From Candidatus Nomurabacteria bacterium (GTDB lineage: Bacteria > Patescibacteriota > Minisyncoccia > Phycocordibacterales > UBA9973): a DNA stretch of 64,000 nt. The notes beneath the pieces were generated by a model, which worked only from the letters and a program-made list of their open reading frames with translations, was not told the DNA's origin and did not search any database. A program made the translations under genes and the position numbers. Position 1 is the first letter of the stretch, and each line of letters begins with the position of its first letter. The stretch covers positions 91,377 through 155,376 of the forward strand of contig JANPIZ010000008.1 in NCBI GenBank assembly GCA_031425235.1, given 5' to 3'. Positions 27,032 through 37,504 of this stretch are shown piece by piece.

Positions 27032-28684
27032 ATGTATACATTTAACGTGAAAATTCTGTGTTTGTCGTTATTATTAGTAGGTTTATTCGTGTTTGGTGCA
27101 CATTTTCAAGCGGAAGCTTATTCTTTAAAAGATGTTGTTTCAGCTGGTTTAAAGGGGATTACTCGAGATGAAGCACCTCAGCCGAGTGAGCCGACTTCCA
27201 CTCCTCCTATTGTTATATTCAATACGGACAGTGGCGATTCTCAAAAAACTGAAGTGTCCTCTCCAAATATAAAAATAATAGAAGAAAGCTTACAAGCTGT
27301 TGTGTTAAATGGAAAACTCACTGAGGTGCTCGCAGAACCTGCAGACAATGATACAGATTCTGAACATTCTTCATATATCATAGAAACAAAAGAATTTGGA
27401 TTTGTTCCAGTTGCCTTCAAAGAAAAAATAGAAAGAAATTATCGCAATGCCGAGATTGAAGTAATGGGGACATGGAATACTGACGGAACTTTTATTGTGG
27501 AAAATATAATTTCAACGAAATTTACTACCGTTGAAGAAATAGTTCGCCCTGAAGTGGAAGTGCTCGATGGAGCAGGTTTACCGACAGGCACTGAGTCAGT
27601 CGGGCCACTACCAACTACTGGTGATCGTAGTGTGCTTTTTATTCTCGCGAATTTTTCAAATGATACTTCGACACCGATTACTCCTACTGAGATACGTAAC
27701 ACGCTGTACTACAACACTGATTCTGCAAATAACTATTACAAATTTATATCCAAGCAACGGTTTCAACTTAAAGGTTTACAGCGTCCTGATCTCGACATAA
27801 CCAATTGGGTAACACTACCTAATACAAATGAGAATTGCCAAGCAAACCAAACTGGTACATGGACAAATAATGCGTATACTCTCGCTCGTGCACAAGGATT
27901 CGAGCCAAATAGCTACCGGACAGTCGTCGTGCTTTTTCCAGCAATTCAAAACTGCCCATTAAGCACTGGCTTTGCATCAGTGGGGCAACTCGGCAGCACC
28001 ACTGGAACCTCACTTATTTGGTTTCTTTATTCTCCGCAGCAGATGATACCTCGTATCTTAAACACGAGTTTTATTCACGAGCTTGGACACAATCTCGGCT
28101 TACTCCACTCAAATGCTGTGCAAAATTGCCAGCCCTCAATGAATGTTGTACCGCAAGGGTGTCAGGACTTTGAATATGGTGATGCATTCTCAACCATGGG
28201 TCAGCCAGGAGATGTGTTAAAAAGCTTCAATAATTTTAATCTGCACCAGCTCGGATGGCTAAGCGCTCTCGGTAAGGTTGCAGCTGTTTCTCAACCTGGA
28301 ACATACAACCTAACTTTACAAGCTCCCTCGTTGCCAACGAAAGGTTACCAAGTAGTAACTTTTCCTTTGAAAGATGCGAGTGGCGCACTAACTGGCCAAA
28401 GTGTATATTTGGAATTCCGCAGAGAGATTTTACCTTTTGAGTATTTAACTCGAGATCCTAACCAGAATGTGAATCGAGGTGTTTCAGTTAGATTTGCCCC
28501 TACAGATTTGTCTACTATAAGTAAAACATATTTATTGGACTTTCATGGGGCAACATGGTGGCTCGCTGATGCCGCAGTGCAAGTAGGGGAAACGTATCAA
28601 AATTCAACATTTGGTTTCACTATTACACCAAATACTACCCACCCCGTTCGTGGAGCAGGATTTACCCTACAACTTACTCGCTAG
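27032..28684 (+). CDS. secreted zinc metalloprotease, metzincin-type
   Basis: Signal peptide and the zinc-binding motif HELGHNLGLLHS (HEXXHXXGXXH). Confidence 0.65.
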   Translation: MYTFNVKILCLSLLLVGLFVFGAHFQAEAYSLKDVVSAGLKGITRDEAPQPSEPTSTPPIVIFNTDSGDSQKTEVSSPNIKIIEESLQAVVLNGKLTEVLAEPADNDTDSEHSSYIIETKEFGFVPVAFKEKIERNYRNAEIEVMGTWNTDGTFIVENIISTKFTTVEEIVRPEVEVLDGAGLPTGTESVGPLPTTGDRSVLFILANFSNDTSTPITPTEIRNTLYYNTDSANNYYKFISKQRFQLKGLQRPDLDITNWVTLPNTNENCQANQTGTWTNNAYTLARAQGFEPNSYRTVVVLFPAIQNCPLSTGFASVGQLGSTTGTSLIWFLYSPQQMIPRILNTSFIHELGHNLGLLHSNAVQNCQPSMNVVPQGCQDFEYGDAFSTMGQPGDVLKSFNNFNLHQLGWLSALGKVAAVSQPGTYNLTLQAPSLPTKGYQVVTFPLKDASGALTGQSVYLEFRREILPFEYLTRDPNQNVNRGVSVRFAPTDLSTISKTYLLDFHGATWWLADAAVQVGETYQNSTFGFTITPNTTHPVRGAGFTLQLTR

Positions 28685-28750
28685 AGATGGGAAGCTAATT
28701 CAGTCACAATAAATTTGCTTTTTCAATGTTTTTGTATTACTATCTTTGGT

Positions 28751-29401
28751 ATGTTTACTATTAAAACGAAAAAGAGAGATTCTGGAATAAAATTAGATTT
28801 ATTACGAAAAGAAGGCGAAACTCCAGCTGTGCTTTACGGTATGGGGAAAACCACTATTTCTGTCTCAGTTCCAACTATAGAGTTCAAAAAAGTCTGGCGT
28901 GACGCTGGCGAATCTTCACCTGTAAAATTTTTATCGGAGGATGGAGATATAGACGCCCTTATACATCAAGTGCAAGTTGATCCTGTTACTGATGAACCAA
29001 TTCATGTTGATTTTCTTGCTATCGATATGAAGAAAAAAATACAAGTTTCCGTACCACTGGAGTTCGAAGGTATCTCTGGTGCGGTGAAAAGTGGTCTTGG
29101 AAACTTAGTTAAAGCTCTTCACGAAGTGCAGGTAGAAGCTTTGCCAACTGACCTCCCTCACAACCTTGTGGTAGATATTTCAAAACTATCAACCGTTGAA
29201 GACAACGTTCTGGTATCTGACATAAAACTACCAGCTGGAGTTGTTATGGTGACTTCACTTGACGAAGTTGTAGCTTCTATTGTCTTACAGGTAGAAGAAA
29301 AAGAAGAGGAAGTAGCACCCGTCGACCTTTCAGCGATTGAAGTAGAAAAGAAAGGCAAGAAAGATGAAGAAGATGCTGAATCCGCTGATACTCAAAAATA
29401 A
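28751..29401 (+). CDS. rplY: 50S ribosomal protein L25 (Ctc form with acidic tail)
   Basis: bL25 beta-barrel N-terminus TIKTKKRDSG...AVLYG and acidic C-terminal extension. ATG at 28751 is preferred over the track start. Confidence 0.75.
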   Translation: MFTIKTKKRDSGIKLDLLRKEGETPAVLYGMGKTTISVSVPTIEFKKVWRDAGESSPVKFLSEDGDIDALIHQVQVDPVTDEPIHVDFLAIDMKKKIQVSVPLEFEGISGAVKSGLGNLVKALHEVQVEALPTDLPHNLVVDISKLSTVEDNVLVSDIKLPAGVVMVTSLDEVVASIVLQVEEKEEEVAPVDLSAIEVEKKGKKDEEDAESADTQK

Positions 29402-29439
29402 GCTTGTCTCAAATTTACAAAATATGATATAATTAAGCT

Positions 29440-30798
29440 ATGACCAAGAAATTAGTCACAGCTTTTTTGTTTATTGCTTTCGTATTTTCAGGATTCGCGG
29501 GTTACCCAATTAAGGCTGCTTTTGATTGCTTGAAACTAAGTGCTGATTCAAGTCAAGCGGATAAGGATTATTGTAAGGGCGAGCTTAGTCAAATAGAAGC
29601 TCAATTGGCTGAACTGATAGCAAAACAAAAAGAACAACAAAAAACCACAGGAACGCTAAAAGGAGACGTGAATTATTTAACGAGCCAGATTAATGCTTTA
29701 AAAGCTAAAATAAAAGCTCGAGGTCTTGCTATTACTCAGATTAAAGTAAGTATCAATGAAAAAGTTAGTAAAATAGGCTCCCTTTCAAGTAAAATTGAGC
29801 GTGAACATGCCTCATTAGCTGAACTATTGCGAAGTACTAATGAATTTGATGGTGGAAATATTATGCACTTATTATTGTCAGATCAGAGTGTGTCAGATTT
29901 TTATGCTGACGTAGAATCATACTCGGCGATGAAAGAGGGAATCGAAGATTCACTAGGTGTTGTGAGAGTTGTAAAAAAACAAACAGAACTAGCAAAAGCT
30001 GACTTGGAAATCAAACAAGACGCAGAAACAGACGCAAAAGCTGACCTTGAAAGTGCTCAATCAGTGGTGGCTAAGTCTGAAGCAGACAAAAAAAACTTAC
30101 TTGCTATTTCTAAAAACCAAGAAGCAGAATATCAAAAACTTGCTGCAGAAAAAAAAGCTCGGGCGGATAAAATTCGTGCTGCACTATTTCCCCTCGCAAA
30201 TACAACTCAAAAAATTGATTTCGGTACTGCACTTAAATATGCAAATGAAGCCAATAGAACAACAGGCATAGAACCTGCATTCTTGCTTGCAATATTAACT
30301 CAAGAAAGTAATTTGGGTGCCAATGTGGGTCAATGTTATCTTACTGACACGACCACAGGAGCAGGCGCTGGTAAAAACACAGGTACACCATTTATAAATG
30401 TTATGAAACCGACACGTGACGTTGCGCCATTTTTGGAAATTACGAAAGCACTCGGTGTGGACCCATTTAAAACTCCTGTGTCATGTCCTATAGCTGGAGT
30501 TGCTGGGTATGGTGGCGCGATGGGGCCAGCACAATTTATTCCTTCTACTTGGAAAATATTTGCCGGACGTTTACAAGCTGCACTCGGACGTTACGCAAAT
30601 CCATGGTTGGCTCAAGACGCTTTTATGGCTTCTAGTATGTACCTTACTGACCTCGGTGCTGTGGGTACGAGCACTGCTCTCCAGCATAAGGCTGCTTGTA
30701 AATATTATGGTTCTGGGGGGACGAGTTGTTCATATAGTACAAATGTGATGAGGTTAAAGGCAACTATTCAGGCTAATATTAATTTGCTTCAGAACTAA
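29440..30798 (+). CDS. secreted coiled-coil protein with C-terminal lytic transglycosylase (SLT/GH23-like) domain
   Basis: Signal peptide, long coiled coil, then ILTQESNLG ... GAMGPAQFIPSTW (SLT catalytic Glu-Ser and GLMQ-like motifs). Confidence 0.6.
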   Translation: MTKKLVTAFLFIAFVFSGFAGYPIKAAFDCLKLSADSSQADKDYCKGELSQIEAQLAELIAKQKEQQKTTGTLKGDVNYLTSQINALKAKIKARGLAITQIKVSINEKVSKIGSLSSKIEREHASLAELLRSTNEFDGGNIMHLLLSDQSVSDFYADVESYSAMKEGIEDSLGVVRVVKKQTELAKADLEIKQDAETDAKADLESAQSVVAKSEADKKNLLAISKNQEAEYQKLAAEKKARADKIRAALFPLANTTQKIDFGTALKYANEANRTTGIEPAFLLAILTQESNLGANVGQCYLTDTTTGAGAGKNTGTPFINVMKPTRDVAPFLEITKALGVDPFKTPVSCPIAGVAGYGGAMGPAQFIPSTWKIFAGRLQAALGRYANPWLAQDAFMASSMYLTDLGAVGTSTALQHKAACKYYGSGGTSCSYSTNVMRLKATIQANINLLQN

Positions 30799-30821
30799 AT
30801 GTGTGATACTATAAGCGAGTT

Positions 30822-31046
30822 ATGAAAAAAGCTATACATCCAAAATATGATTTAAACACAAAAGCGACCTGCGCGTGCGGAGCTGTGTTTATGGTTGGTT
30901 CCACATTATCTGAAATAAAAGTTGAAATATGCAGTAACTGTCACCCATTTTATACAGGTAATGAAAAAATAATGGATACTGCGGGACGCGTGGATCGATT
31001 CAAAAAACGAGCTGCTGCAACTACTAAAGTTAAAGCTAAGAAATAA
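30822..31046 (+). CDS. rpmE: 50S ribosomal protein L31
   Basis: MKKAIHPKY...CxCG...CSNCHPFYTG; 74 aa. Confidence 0.9.
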   Translation: MKKAIHPKYDLNTKATCACGAVFMVGSTLSEIKVEICSNCHPFYTGNEKIMDTAGRVDRFKKRAAATTKVKAKK

Positions 31047-31061
31047 AATTTTCTTGGTACT

Positions 31062-32030
31062 ATGAGTTTGGATTTAGAGGAATTAAAAAAGAATCACAAC
31101 ACGAACTACTTAGCGACAAGCTTAGAGAAAATTTTGCGTGAAGAAGCGGAAGTTCGAACAATGCTCGACAGCGATGAAACACTTCACGAGCTTGCAGGCA
31201 AGGAACTCCAGACTATACAGGAAGAACGCGAGCGACTTGAAAAACAAATACAGGATATTTTAAATAAAGAAAAAGAAGCGGAAGAATTCCCAAATGAGAT
31301 CGTCCTTGAAGTCAGAGCTGGAGCTGGTGGTGATGAAGCAAGTCTTTTTGCGTGGGAGCTTGCACACATGTATGAAAGATATGCCGATATCCAAGGTTGG
31401 CAATGGTATGTGAACTATGAGTCAAAAAGTGACTTGAATGGATATAAAGAAGCGAGCTTTGAAATAAAAGGAAAGGATGTGTATAAAAAGCTTCGCTATG
31501 AAACAGGAGTACATCGAGTGCAACGAGTACCAGCAACAGAAAAAAATGGACGTGTGCATACTTCGACTGCATCTGTGGCAGTACTACCACTGAAAAAGAA
31601 AATATCTTTTGTAGTAAATCCAGCAGAATTTGAAATGGAATATTCTCGCTCTGGTGGAAAAGGAGGACAAAATGTAAACAAAGTGGAAACGGCGGTGCGT
31701 ATTATTCATACACCCACAGGGCTCGATGTTCGTTCTACAAATGAGCGTAGCCAGCTCGCAAACAGGGAAAAAGCCATGATGATATTGACCGCCAAGCTGC
31801 AGCAGCTCGAAGAAGAAAAAGATGCGGCAAAATACGGTGCAGAGAGAAAGAGTCAGATAGGGAGCGGAGACAGGTCAGAAAAGATTCGCACATACAATTT
31901 TGCTCAAGATCGAGTTACTGATCACCGAATCAAAAAATCTTGGCATAATTTGCCTAAAATTCTTGAAGGTGAAATAGGGGATATTATAAACTCTATTGAT
32001 TCAGGAGAAACAGGGGACGAGGAAGAGTAA
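31062..32030 (+). CDS. prfA: peptide chain release factor 1
   Basis: PAT tripeptide, GGQ motif (SGGKGGQNVNK) and RF1 domain order. Confidence 0.85.
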   Translation: MSLDLEELKKNHNTNYLATSLEKILREEAEVRTMLDSDETLHELAGKELQTIQEERERLEKQIQDILNKEKEAEEFPNEIVLEVRAGAGGDEASLFAWELAHMYERYADIQGWQWYVNYESKSDLNGYKEASFEIKGKDVYKKLRYETGVHRVQRVPATEKNGRVHTSTASVAVLPLKKKISFVVNPAEFEMEYSRSGGKGGQNVNKVETAVRIIHTPTGLDVRSTNERSQLANREKAMMILTAKLQQLEEEKDAAKYGAERKSQIGSGDRSEKIRTYNFAQDRVTDHRIKKSWHNLPKILEGEIGDIINSIDSGETGDEEE

Positions 32031-32072
32031 TACTCCAAACATTTATTTATATATGTAAAATGGTTACAGTGT

Positions 32073-32160
32073 TTGACAAAACACTGTTTTTGTGATATAC
32101 TATAAGAGTATGACTGGATTTAATTTTTTAATTCCAGATCTCTTCGTTGAAAATAAAATT
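32073..32160 (+). promoter_or_regulatory. Promoter (TTGACA-N17-TATACT) plus conserved 5' leader, copy 2
   Basis: Identical to 12947-13021. Confidence 0.65.
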
Positions 32161-32649
32161 ATGAAAAATAAAAAAGTGAGCCTGCTTCGAACGGCACTTT
32201 TTACGTTTTTGTTCCTGGTTACGTTATTGGGGTCAATAACAAAAACGTCGGCACAAGTAACCTCAACTGCTACCTATAAAGTTGAGATACAAAAATTTAC
32301 TGTCGGAAGCTTATTCCCGAAAGCGCTCATCACGTTTTCGGAAAAAATTGCAGATCGGGAGGAATATTTTCGGTCTACAACAGCGAGTTTCGCTATAAAG
32401 TCCAAAGACGCTTCGCCTTTAATGGCGAAGTTGCAACAACAGGCGGTCGAAACCCCGTCACAAGGGATTTTGAACAAATTTTCCTTTTATATCAAAGATG
32501 ATGTAATGGAAATCCATTTTATTTTGAGAAATGAATTCACTGATTGTGAATTCATCGAAAAAATCGAAAAAATCATCGAAACGATAAAAGAAGAAAAATT
32601 TAAAAATAAAGTTCTGAAAAGAACATCGCTGACGTTCACGCAAAAATAA
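32161..32649 (+). CDS. secreted hypothetical protein (signal peptide homologous to that of the 13025 gene)
   Basis: MKNKKVSLLRTALFTFLFLVTLLGSITKTSAQV. The track ORF starts upstream at 32092, but the leader is shared, so ATG 32161 is preferred. Confidence 0.55.
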   Translation: MKNKKVSLLRTALFTFLFLVTLLGSITKTSAQVTSTATYKVEIQKFTVGSLFPKALITFSEKIADREEYFRSTTASFAIKSKDASPLMAKLQQQAVETPSQGILNKFSFYIKDDVMEIHFILRNEFTDCEFIEKIEKIIETIKEEKFKNKVLKRTSLTFTQK

Positions 32650-32897
32650 GTGAACATTAGCAAAAAAGAAAAATCGGTCGAGAGTATCTACTCTTGATCG
32701 ATTTTTTTAATTTTATATACAAAAAGTTGATGTAGGCTCGATTTCTACAACTTTTAAATTGCTTTTATTTCGCCTTATGTTAGAATTACTTCAGTAGTAA
32801 GTTTCTCGTTTTAGGACAAGAATTTCTACACCTGGCCTCGCAGGCAGGGATTATAAATAGTTTTTGCCGGAGTTTTAAAAAACCGGAGAAATAAGTT

Positions 32898-33218
32898 ATG
32901 GCTACAAAGCTATATGTAGGGGGTTTACCTTACAGTACACAAGAAGCTGCTTTAAAAGAGCTCTTCGCACAAGCAGGAAACGTTGTTTCAGCTGTGATTA
33001 TCATGGACAAAATGTCCGGTCGTTCTAAGGGTTTTGGTTTCGTTGAAATGTCATCTGACGAGGAAGCACAAAAGGCTATCTCAATGTTCAATGAGCAAGA
33101 TTTTGAAGGACGAAAACTAACTGTAAACGAAGCTCGCCCTATGGAAGCTCGCCCACCACGAACAGGTGGTAACGGCGGAGGTGGATACGGAAACGGTGGA
33201 GGAAGACGAGAATACTAA
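32898..33218 (+). CDS. glycine-rich RNA-binding protein (RRM domain)
   Basis: RNP-2 LYVGGL, RNP-1 KGFGFVEM and a C-terminal GGNGGGGYGNGGG tail. Preceded by a ~190-nt 5' UTR and a GGAGA Shine-Dalgarno sequence. Confidence 0.9.
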   Translation: MATKLYVGGLPYSTQEAALKELFAQAGNVVSAVIIMDKMSGRSKGFGFVEMSSDEEAQKAISMFNEQDFEGRKLTVNEARPMEARPPRTGGNGGGGYGNGGGRREY

Positions 33219-33247
33219 TTTCTCTTTTTACATTACCTAAAAAACAA

Positions 33248-33277
33248 CAGCCCCGCTTTGTGCGGGGTTTTTGTTTG
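33248..33277 (+). terminator. Rho-independent terminator after the RRM protein gene
   Basis: cagccccgctttgtgcggggtttttgttt. Confidence 0.7.
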
Positions 33278-33395
33278 CTCAAAAGAGTTTTTTTTGATAC
33301 TGTGTATTATACTGAAAGGTTCAGTCCCGCCAGAGGCAGATAAAGTCCGAACGGTCTCTGAATCGTCTTTCATGATTATTTAAAATTTATATATT

Positions 33396-33467
33396 GAGCG
33401 TGTAGTTCAGTGGTAGAACGCTGTCCTGATAAGACAGAGGTCGATGGTCCGATTCCATCCACGCTCA
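33396..33467 (+). tRNA. tRNA-Ile (anticodon GAU)
   Basis: 72-nt cloverleaf folded by hand. Anticodon loop ctGATaa. The T-loop reads TCCGATT (C at position 55). No CCA is encoded. Confidence 0.7.
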
Positions 33468-33542
33468 CAACGTTGAATTAGTGTTTGCATCAAGTATGTA
33501 TTTATATTATTATACAAGAAAGGCCTAAAGCCTTTTGTTTTT

Positions 33543-33812
33543 ATGGAAAACGACAAAAAAGCTATGAGTAGTGAACCCTGGTGGAAACCAGGTATTGAGC
33601 TTTTTAGTCAGGTTTCAGGATGGATTATAGTTCCCATTGTTCTCGCACTTATTGTAGGTAAAACATTGGATAGCTATTTTAACACAAAGCCGACGTTGTT
33701 TTTAATATCGATTGCTACAGCTTTCGTGTTCACATGTATAGGAATGGTTAGGGTTGTGAAAAATTACAATAGAAAATTAAAAGAAATAGAAGAGGCAGAG
33801 AATAAAAAATAA
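33543..33812 (+). CDS. AtpZ/AtpI-like small membrane protein preceding atpB
   Basis: 89 aa with 2 TM segments, at the first position of the atp operon. Confidence 0.45.
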   Translation: MENDKKAMSSEPWWKPGIELFSQVSGWIIVPIVLALIVGKTLDSYFNTKPTLFLISIATAFVFTCIGMVRVVKNYNRKLKEIEEAENKK

Positions 33813-33815
33813 TTT

Positions 33816-34709
33816 ATGGCATCAACAGAAGGAGTATCACACGAAATAACCTTATTTGCAGAACCAGTTGCCCATATTGGAAATTTTAATGTAACCAATG
33901 CTCTTCTTTCATCCTGGGCTGTTGTTATAATCATAATTATTTTATCTATAATTATTCGTAAAACTTTACGTGAAGTTCCAAGTAAAGTGCAAAATATTTT
34001 TGAAATTATTATCGAAGGCGCACTCGATCTCTGTGATCAAGTTACAAACAATAGAAATATTTCAATTCAAATCTTTCCTATCGCTATATCTGTTTTCTTT
34101 TTTATACTACTCAATAATTGGCTTGGGTTATTACCCCTTGGAGGGGTTGGCCTTATTGAAAAAGGGGAACATGGACTTGCTTTTATACCGTTCTTGCGCG
34201 GAGGTACGGCTGATATTAATACCACGATCGCCCTCGCAGTTATGGCTGTAATAGGCGCAAATGTCTTTGGGGTGTTTTCTGTCGGGCTCTGGAAAACTTT
34301 CAATAAATATGTTAATCTGAAGGCACTCGGAGGTATTTTTACCAAAATACGTAAAGATCCAACGGTTATTATCGTAGCTCCGATAACGTTCTTTGTAGGT
34401 TTAATTGAAATTGTGGGTGAATTTGCAAAGGTTGCATCGCTTTCATTTCGTCTTTTTGGAAATGTATTTGCAGGGGAAGTACTTCTGGCATCCATGGCAG
34501 CATTGATTGCGTATATTATACCGGTACCCTTCCTTTTCTTGGAAATTCTCGTAGGAGTAATTCAAGCACTTATCTTCTCAATGCTTTTAGTTGTGTATTT
34601 TACAATCGGAGCCACTGATCACGATAGCCACGACGAAGAGCACGAGAAAGGTCACGCTGTTGCACCTGCCCGAAATGCTACGCATAACGTTGCAGGCGGA
34701 CATGCATAA
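33816..34709 (+). CDS. atpB: F0F1 ATP synthase subunit a (with His-rich C-terminal tail)
   Basis: RLFGNVFAGEV with the essential Arg. The tail reads TDHDSHDEEHEKGHA... Confidence 0.9.
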   Translation: MASTEGVSHEITLFAEPVAHIGNFNVTNALLSSWAVVIIIIILSIIIRKTLREVPSKVQNIFEIIIEGALDLCDQVTNNRNISIQIFPIAISVFFFILLNNWLGLLPLGGVGLIEKGEHGLAFIPFLRGGTADINTTIALAVMAVIGANVFGVFSVGLWKTFNKYVNLKALGGIFTKIRKDPTVIIVAPITFFVGLIEIVGEFAKVASLSFRLFGNVFAGEVLLASMAALIAYIIPVPFLFLEILVGVIQALIFSMLLVVYFTIGATDHDSHDEEHEKGHAVAPARNATHNVAGGHA

Positions 34710-34760
34710 GTACAGTTCCGTTTTGCATATAAAATTTTGTATGTAAAACGGAACTGTACT
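34709..34760 (+). promoter_or_regulatory. 21-bp near-perfect RNA hairpin between atpB and atpE
   Basis: agtacagttccgttttgcata / tatgtaaaacggaactgtact (one G-U pair), 10-nt loop, followed by TTTT. Confidence 0.7.
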
Positions 34761-34790
34761 TTTAAAATAAGTAAAGGTCATTATTATTAA

Positions 34791-35051
<261 letters not shown>

Positions 35052-35138
35052 GTCTACACTAACATCTTGAGTTCTAGTTCTGGGTTCTAGTTTACCGACT
35101 AGTACCTAGTGCCTAGTACCTAAGATATAATAAACAAT

Positions 35139-35600
35139 ATGGAATCAATCATTTCAACATTTCACATAGACTGGAAAATAATTATTGCTCAAGCTGTAAA
35201 CTTCGCGATAGTATTTGTCGTGTTATATATCTATGCTTTAAAACCGCTTTCAAAATTAATGTCTGAAAGATCGGCGAAAATATCTCAAGGTATTACAGAC
35301 GCAAAAACGAACGCTGAGGTATTAAGTAAGACTCAAGAAGAATACGATGCAATACTTGCAAAAGCTCGCGTTGAAGCTCAGAAAATTTTTGATGATGTCA
35401 AAAAAGAAGGTGAAGCGAAGAAAAACGAAATGCTCGAACAGTCACGACAAGAAGTAGCTGTTATGATAGACAATGGTAAGAAAAATCTCGAAGCTGAAAA
35501 AGCAAAAATAATGGAAGATGCTAAAAAAGAAATCATAAGCCTTGCAATGATGGCAACAGAAAAATTAATTAGCACCAAAGGTAATGTAAATAATTTATAA
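35139..35600 (+). CDS. atpF: F0F1 ATP synthase subunit b
   Basis: N-terminal TM plus a long charged helix. Confidence 0.85.
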   Translation: MESIISTFHIDWKIIIAQAVNFAIVFVVLYIYALKPLSKLMSERSAKISQGITDAKTNAEVLSKTQEEYDAILAKARVEAQKIFDDVKKEGEAKKNEMLEQSRQEVAVMIDNGKKNLEAEKAKIMEDAKKEIISLAMMATEKLISTKGNVNNL

Positions 35601-35606
35601 TCAATT

Positions 35607-35999
35607 ATGGCAATCGCAACAAACAACGATATAGCAAAAGCGATCTATCTTGCTTCGAAAGAAAATCCTGTAAACGTAGTTACTGAAACTGTGCGATTTT
35701 TTGCACGGAAACGACTCATGTCTCGGGCTCCTGATATACTCGCTCGATTAGAGAAGATAGTGCACAAAGCTGAAAATAAAATAAGAGCAAAGGTAACGAG
35801 CGCTGAACAATTAGGACAAACTGAGAAAAGTAATATCGAACATTTCTTAAAAAAACGTTACGAAGTCACGGGAATTTTATTTGAAGAAGTTGTCGATAAA
35901 AAGGTAGTAGGCGGAGTAAAAATAGAGATCGACGACGAAGTGCTCGACCTTACAGTAAAAAACAGAATTCATAAATTACAAGAATATTTAATAAGTTAA
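35607..35999 (+). CDS. atpH: F0F1 ATP synthase subunit delta (short form, 130 aa)
   Basis: Operon position and the C-terminal [28 protein letters not shown]-like motif. Confidence 0.7.
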   Translation: MAIATNNDIAKAIYLASKENPVNVVTETVRFFARKRLMSRAPDILARLEKIVHKAENKIRAKVTSAEQLGQTEKSNIEHFLKKRYEVTGILFEEVVDKKVVGGVKIEIDDEVLDLTVKNRIHKLQEYLIS

Positions 36000-36001
36000 C
36001 C

Positions 36002-37501
36002 ATGAACAATAACATTGTAGAAAACTTAAAAAAGGAAATAAATAATTTCTCTCTTCAATTAAAAATTGAGAAGGTCGGGCATGTTATCGAAGTATTTGAC
36101 GGTATTGTCAAAGTTTCTGGTCTATCTGACATTAAATCCTCGGAAATGGTGACATTTCCTGGAGGAGAAACAGGCGTAGCCCTCAACCTCGAAGAAGATG
36201 CAGTCGGGGTTATTATTCTAGGAGACTTTTCTAAAATTAAAGAAGGCGACGAAGTAAAAGCTACTGGAAGAATTCTTGAAATTCCGGTCTCTGATAATAT
36301 TTTGGGGCGGGTGGTCAATGGACTTGGGTTAGCTATTGATGGTAAAGGTGCAATTAAAAGCGAAAAAACCTACCCAATTGAAAAAGTTGCTCCTGGTGTA
36401 GTAACTCGTCTTTCAGTTGACCAGCCGGTTGCTACAGGTATCAAAGTTATTGACGCTATTATTCCTGTCGGGCGGGGTCAGCGTGAACTTATTATAGGTG
36501 ATAGGCAAACGGGTAAAACTGCTATTGCTATCGATGCAATTTTAAACCAAAAAGGACAAAACATGATTTGTGTGTATGTATCTATAGGCCAGAAAGATTC
36601 TAAGCTTCGAAAAATTGAAGCTCGACTCGAAGCAGGCGGCGCTATGGCTTATACAGTGATTGTATCAGCTGGTGCTTCTGAGGCGGCCGCGCTCTCTTAT
36701 ATTGCTCCGTATACTGGTGTATCTATTGCGGAATATTTTATGGATCAAGGTAAAGATGTCATGATCATATATGACGACCTTTCAAAGCATGCTGTTGCGT
36801 ATCGTGAAATTTCGTTGCTTCTTCGTCGTCCACCAGGCCGTGAAGCATACCCGGGAGATGTTTTCTACCTACATTCTCGTTTGCTTGAACGTGCATGCCG
36901 AAGGAATGAAAAATACGGAGGTGGCTCTATCACTGCGTTTCCAATTATTGAAACTCAAGCAGGAGATATTTCAGCATATATTCCAACTAATGTTATTTCC
37001 ATTACTGATGGACAAATATTCCTCGAGACTGATCTTTTCTATAAAGGTATACGCCCTGCCGTAAACGTTGGATTTTCTGTGTCTCGTGTAGGTTCGACGG
37101 CACAAATAAAAGCAGTAAAAAAGGTAGCAGGTACACTCAAGCTCGACCTGGCGCAGTTTCGTGAACTCGAGGCCTTTGCGCAGTTTGGTTCTGATCTTGA
37201 TGAATCAACCAAACGCCAACTTGAACGAGGTAAAAGAGCTATTGAAGTCTTGAAACAGCCTCAATACGCACCGATGAAAATTGAACATCAAGTAGTCGTA
37301 TTTTACGCCCTTGTCAAAGGGTATATGGACGACGTACCTCTTGAAAAAATCAAAGCATTCGAGACCGGATTGATTGAATATAGTGAACGCAACGCTAAGA
37401 CATTTTACAAAGAAGTGTTAGAGAAAAAAATGTGGGCTGAGAAAGGTGAAGCAGAACTCATAAAAGCAATAGAAGATTTCAAGTCAGGATTCAATAAATA
37501 A
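36002..37501 (+). CDS. atpA: F0F1 ATP synthase subunit alpha
   Basis: [13 protein letters not shown] Walker A; 499 aa. Confidence 0.95.
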   Translation: MNNNIVENLKKEINNFSLQLKIEKVGHVIEVFDGIVKVSGLSDIKSSEMVTFPGGETGVALNLEEDAVGVIILGDFSKIKEGDEVKATGRILEIPVSDNILGRVVNGLGLAIDGKGAIKSEKTYPIEKVAPGVVTRLSVDQPVATGIKVIDAIIPVGRGQRELIIGDRQTGKTAIAIDAILNQKGQNMICVYVSIGQKDSKLRKIEARLEAGGAMAYTVIVSAGASEAAALSYIAPYTGVSIAEYFMDQGKDVMIIYDDLSKHAVAYREISLLLRRPPGREAYPGDVFYLHSRLLERACRRNEKYGGGSITAFPIIETQAGDISAYIPTNVISITDGQIFLETDLFYKGIRPAVNVGFSVSRVGSTAQIKAVKKVAGTLKLDLAQFRELEAFAQFGSDLDESTKRQLERGKRAIEVLKQPQYAPMKIEHQVVVFYALVKGYMDDVPLEKIKAFETGLIEYSERNAKTFYKEVLEKKMWAEKGEAELIKAIEDFKSGFNK

Positions 37502-37504
37502 TAT

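Noticed and set aside
35061-35105. Tandem CTAGT-containing repeats; considered as a possible CRISPR or mini-array
   Set aside because: The units are only ~5-8 nt with no spacer/repeat periodicity and no cas genes. It is treated as an intra-operon structural or low-complexity element instead.
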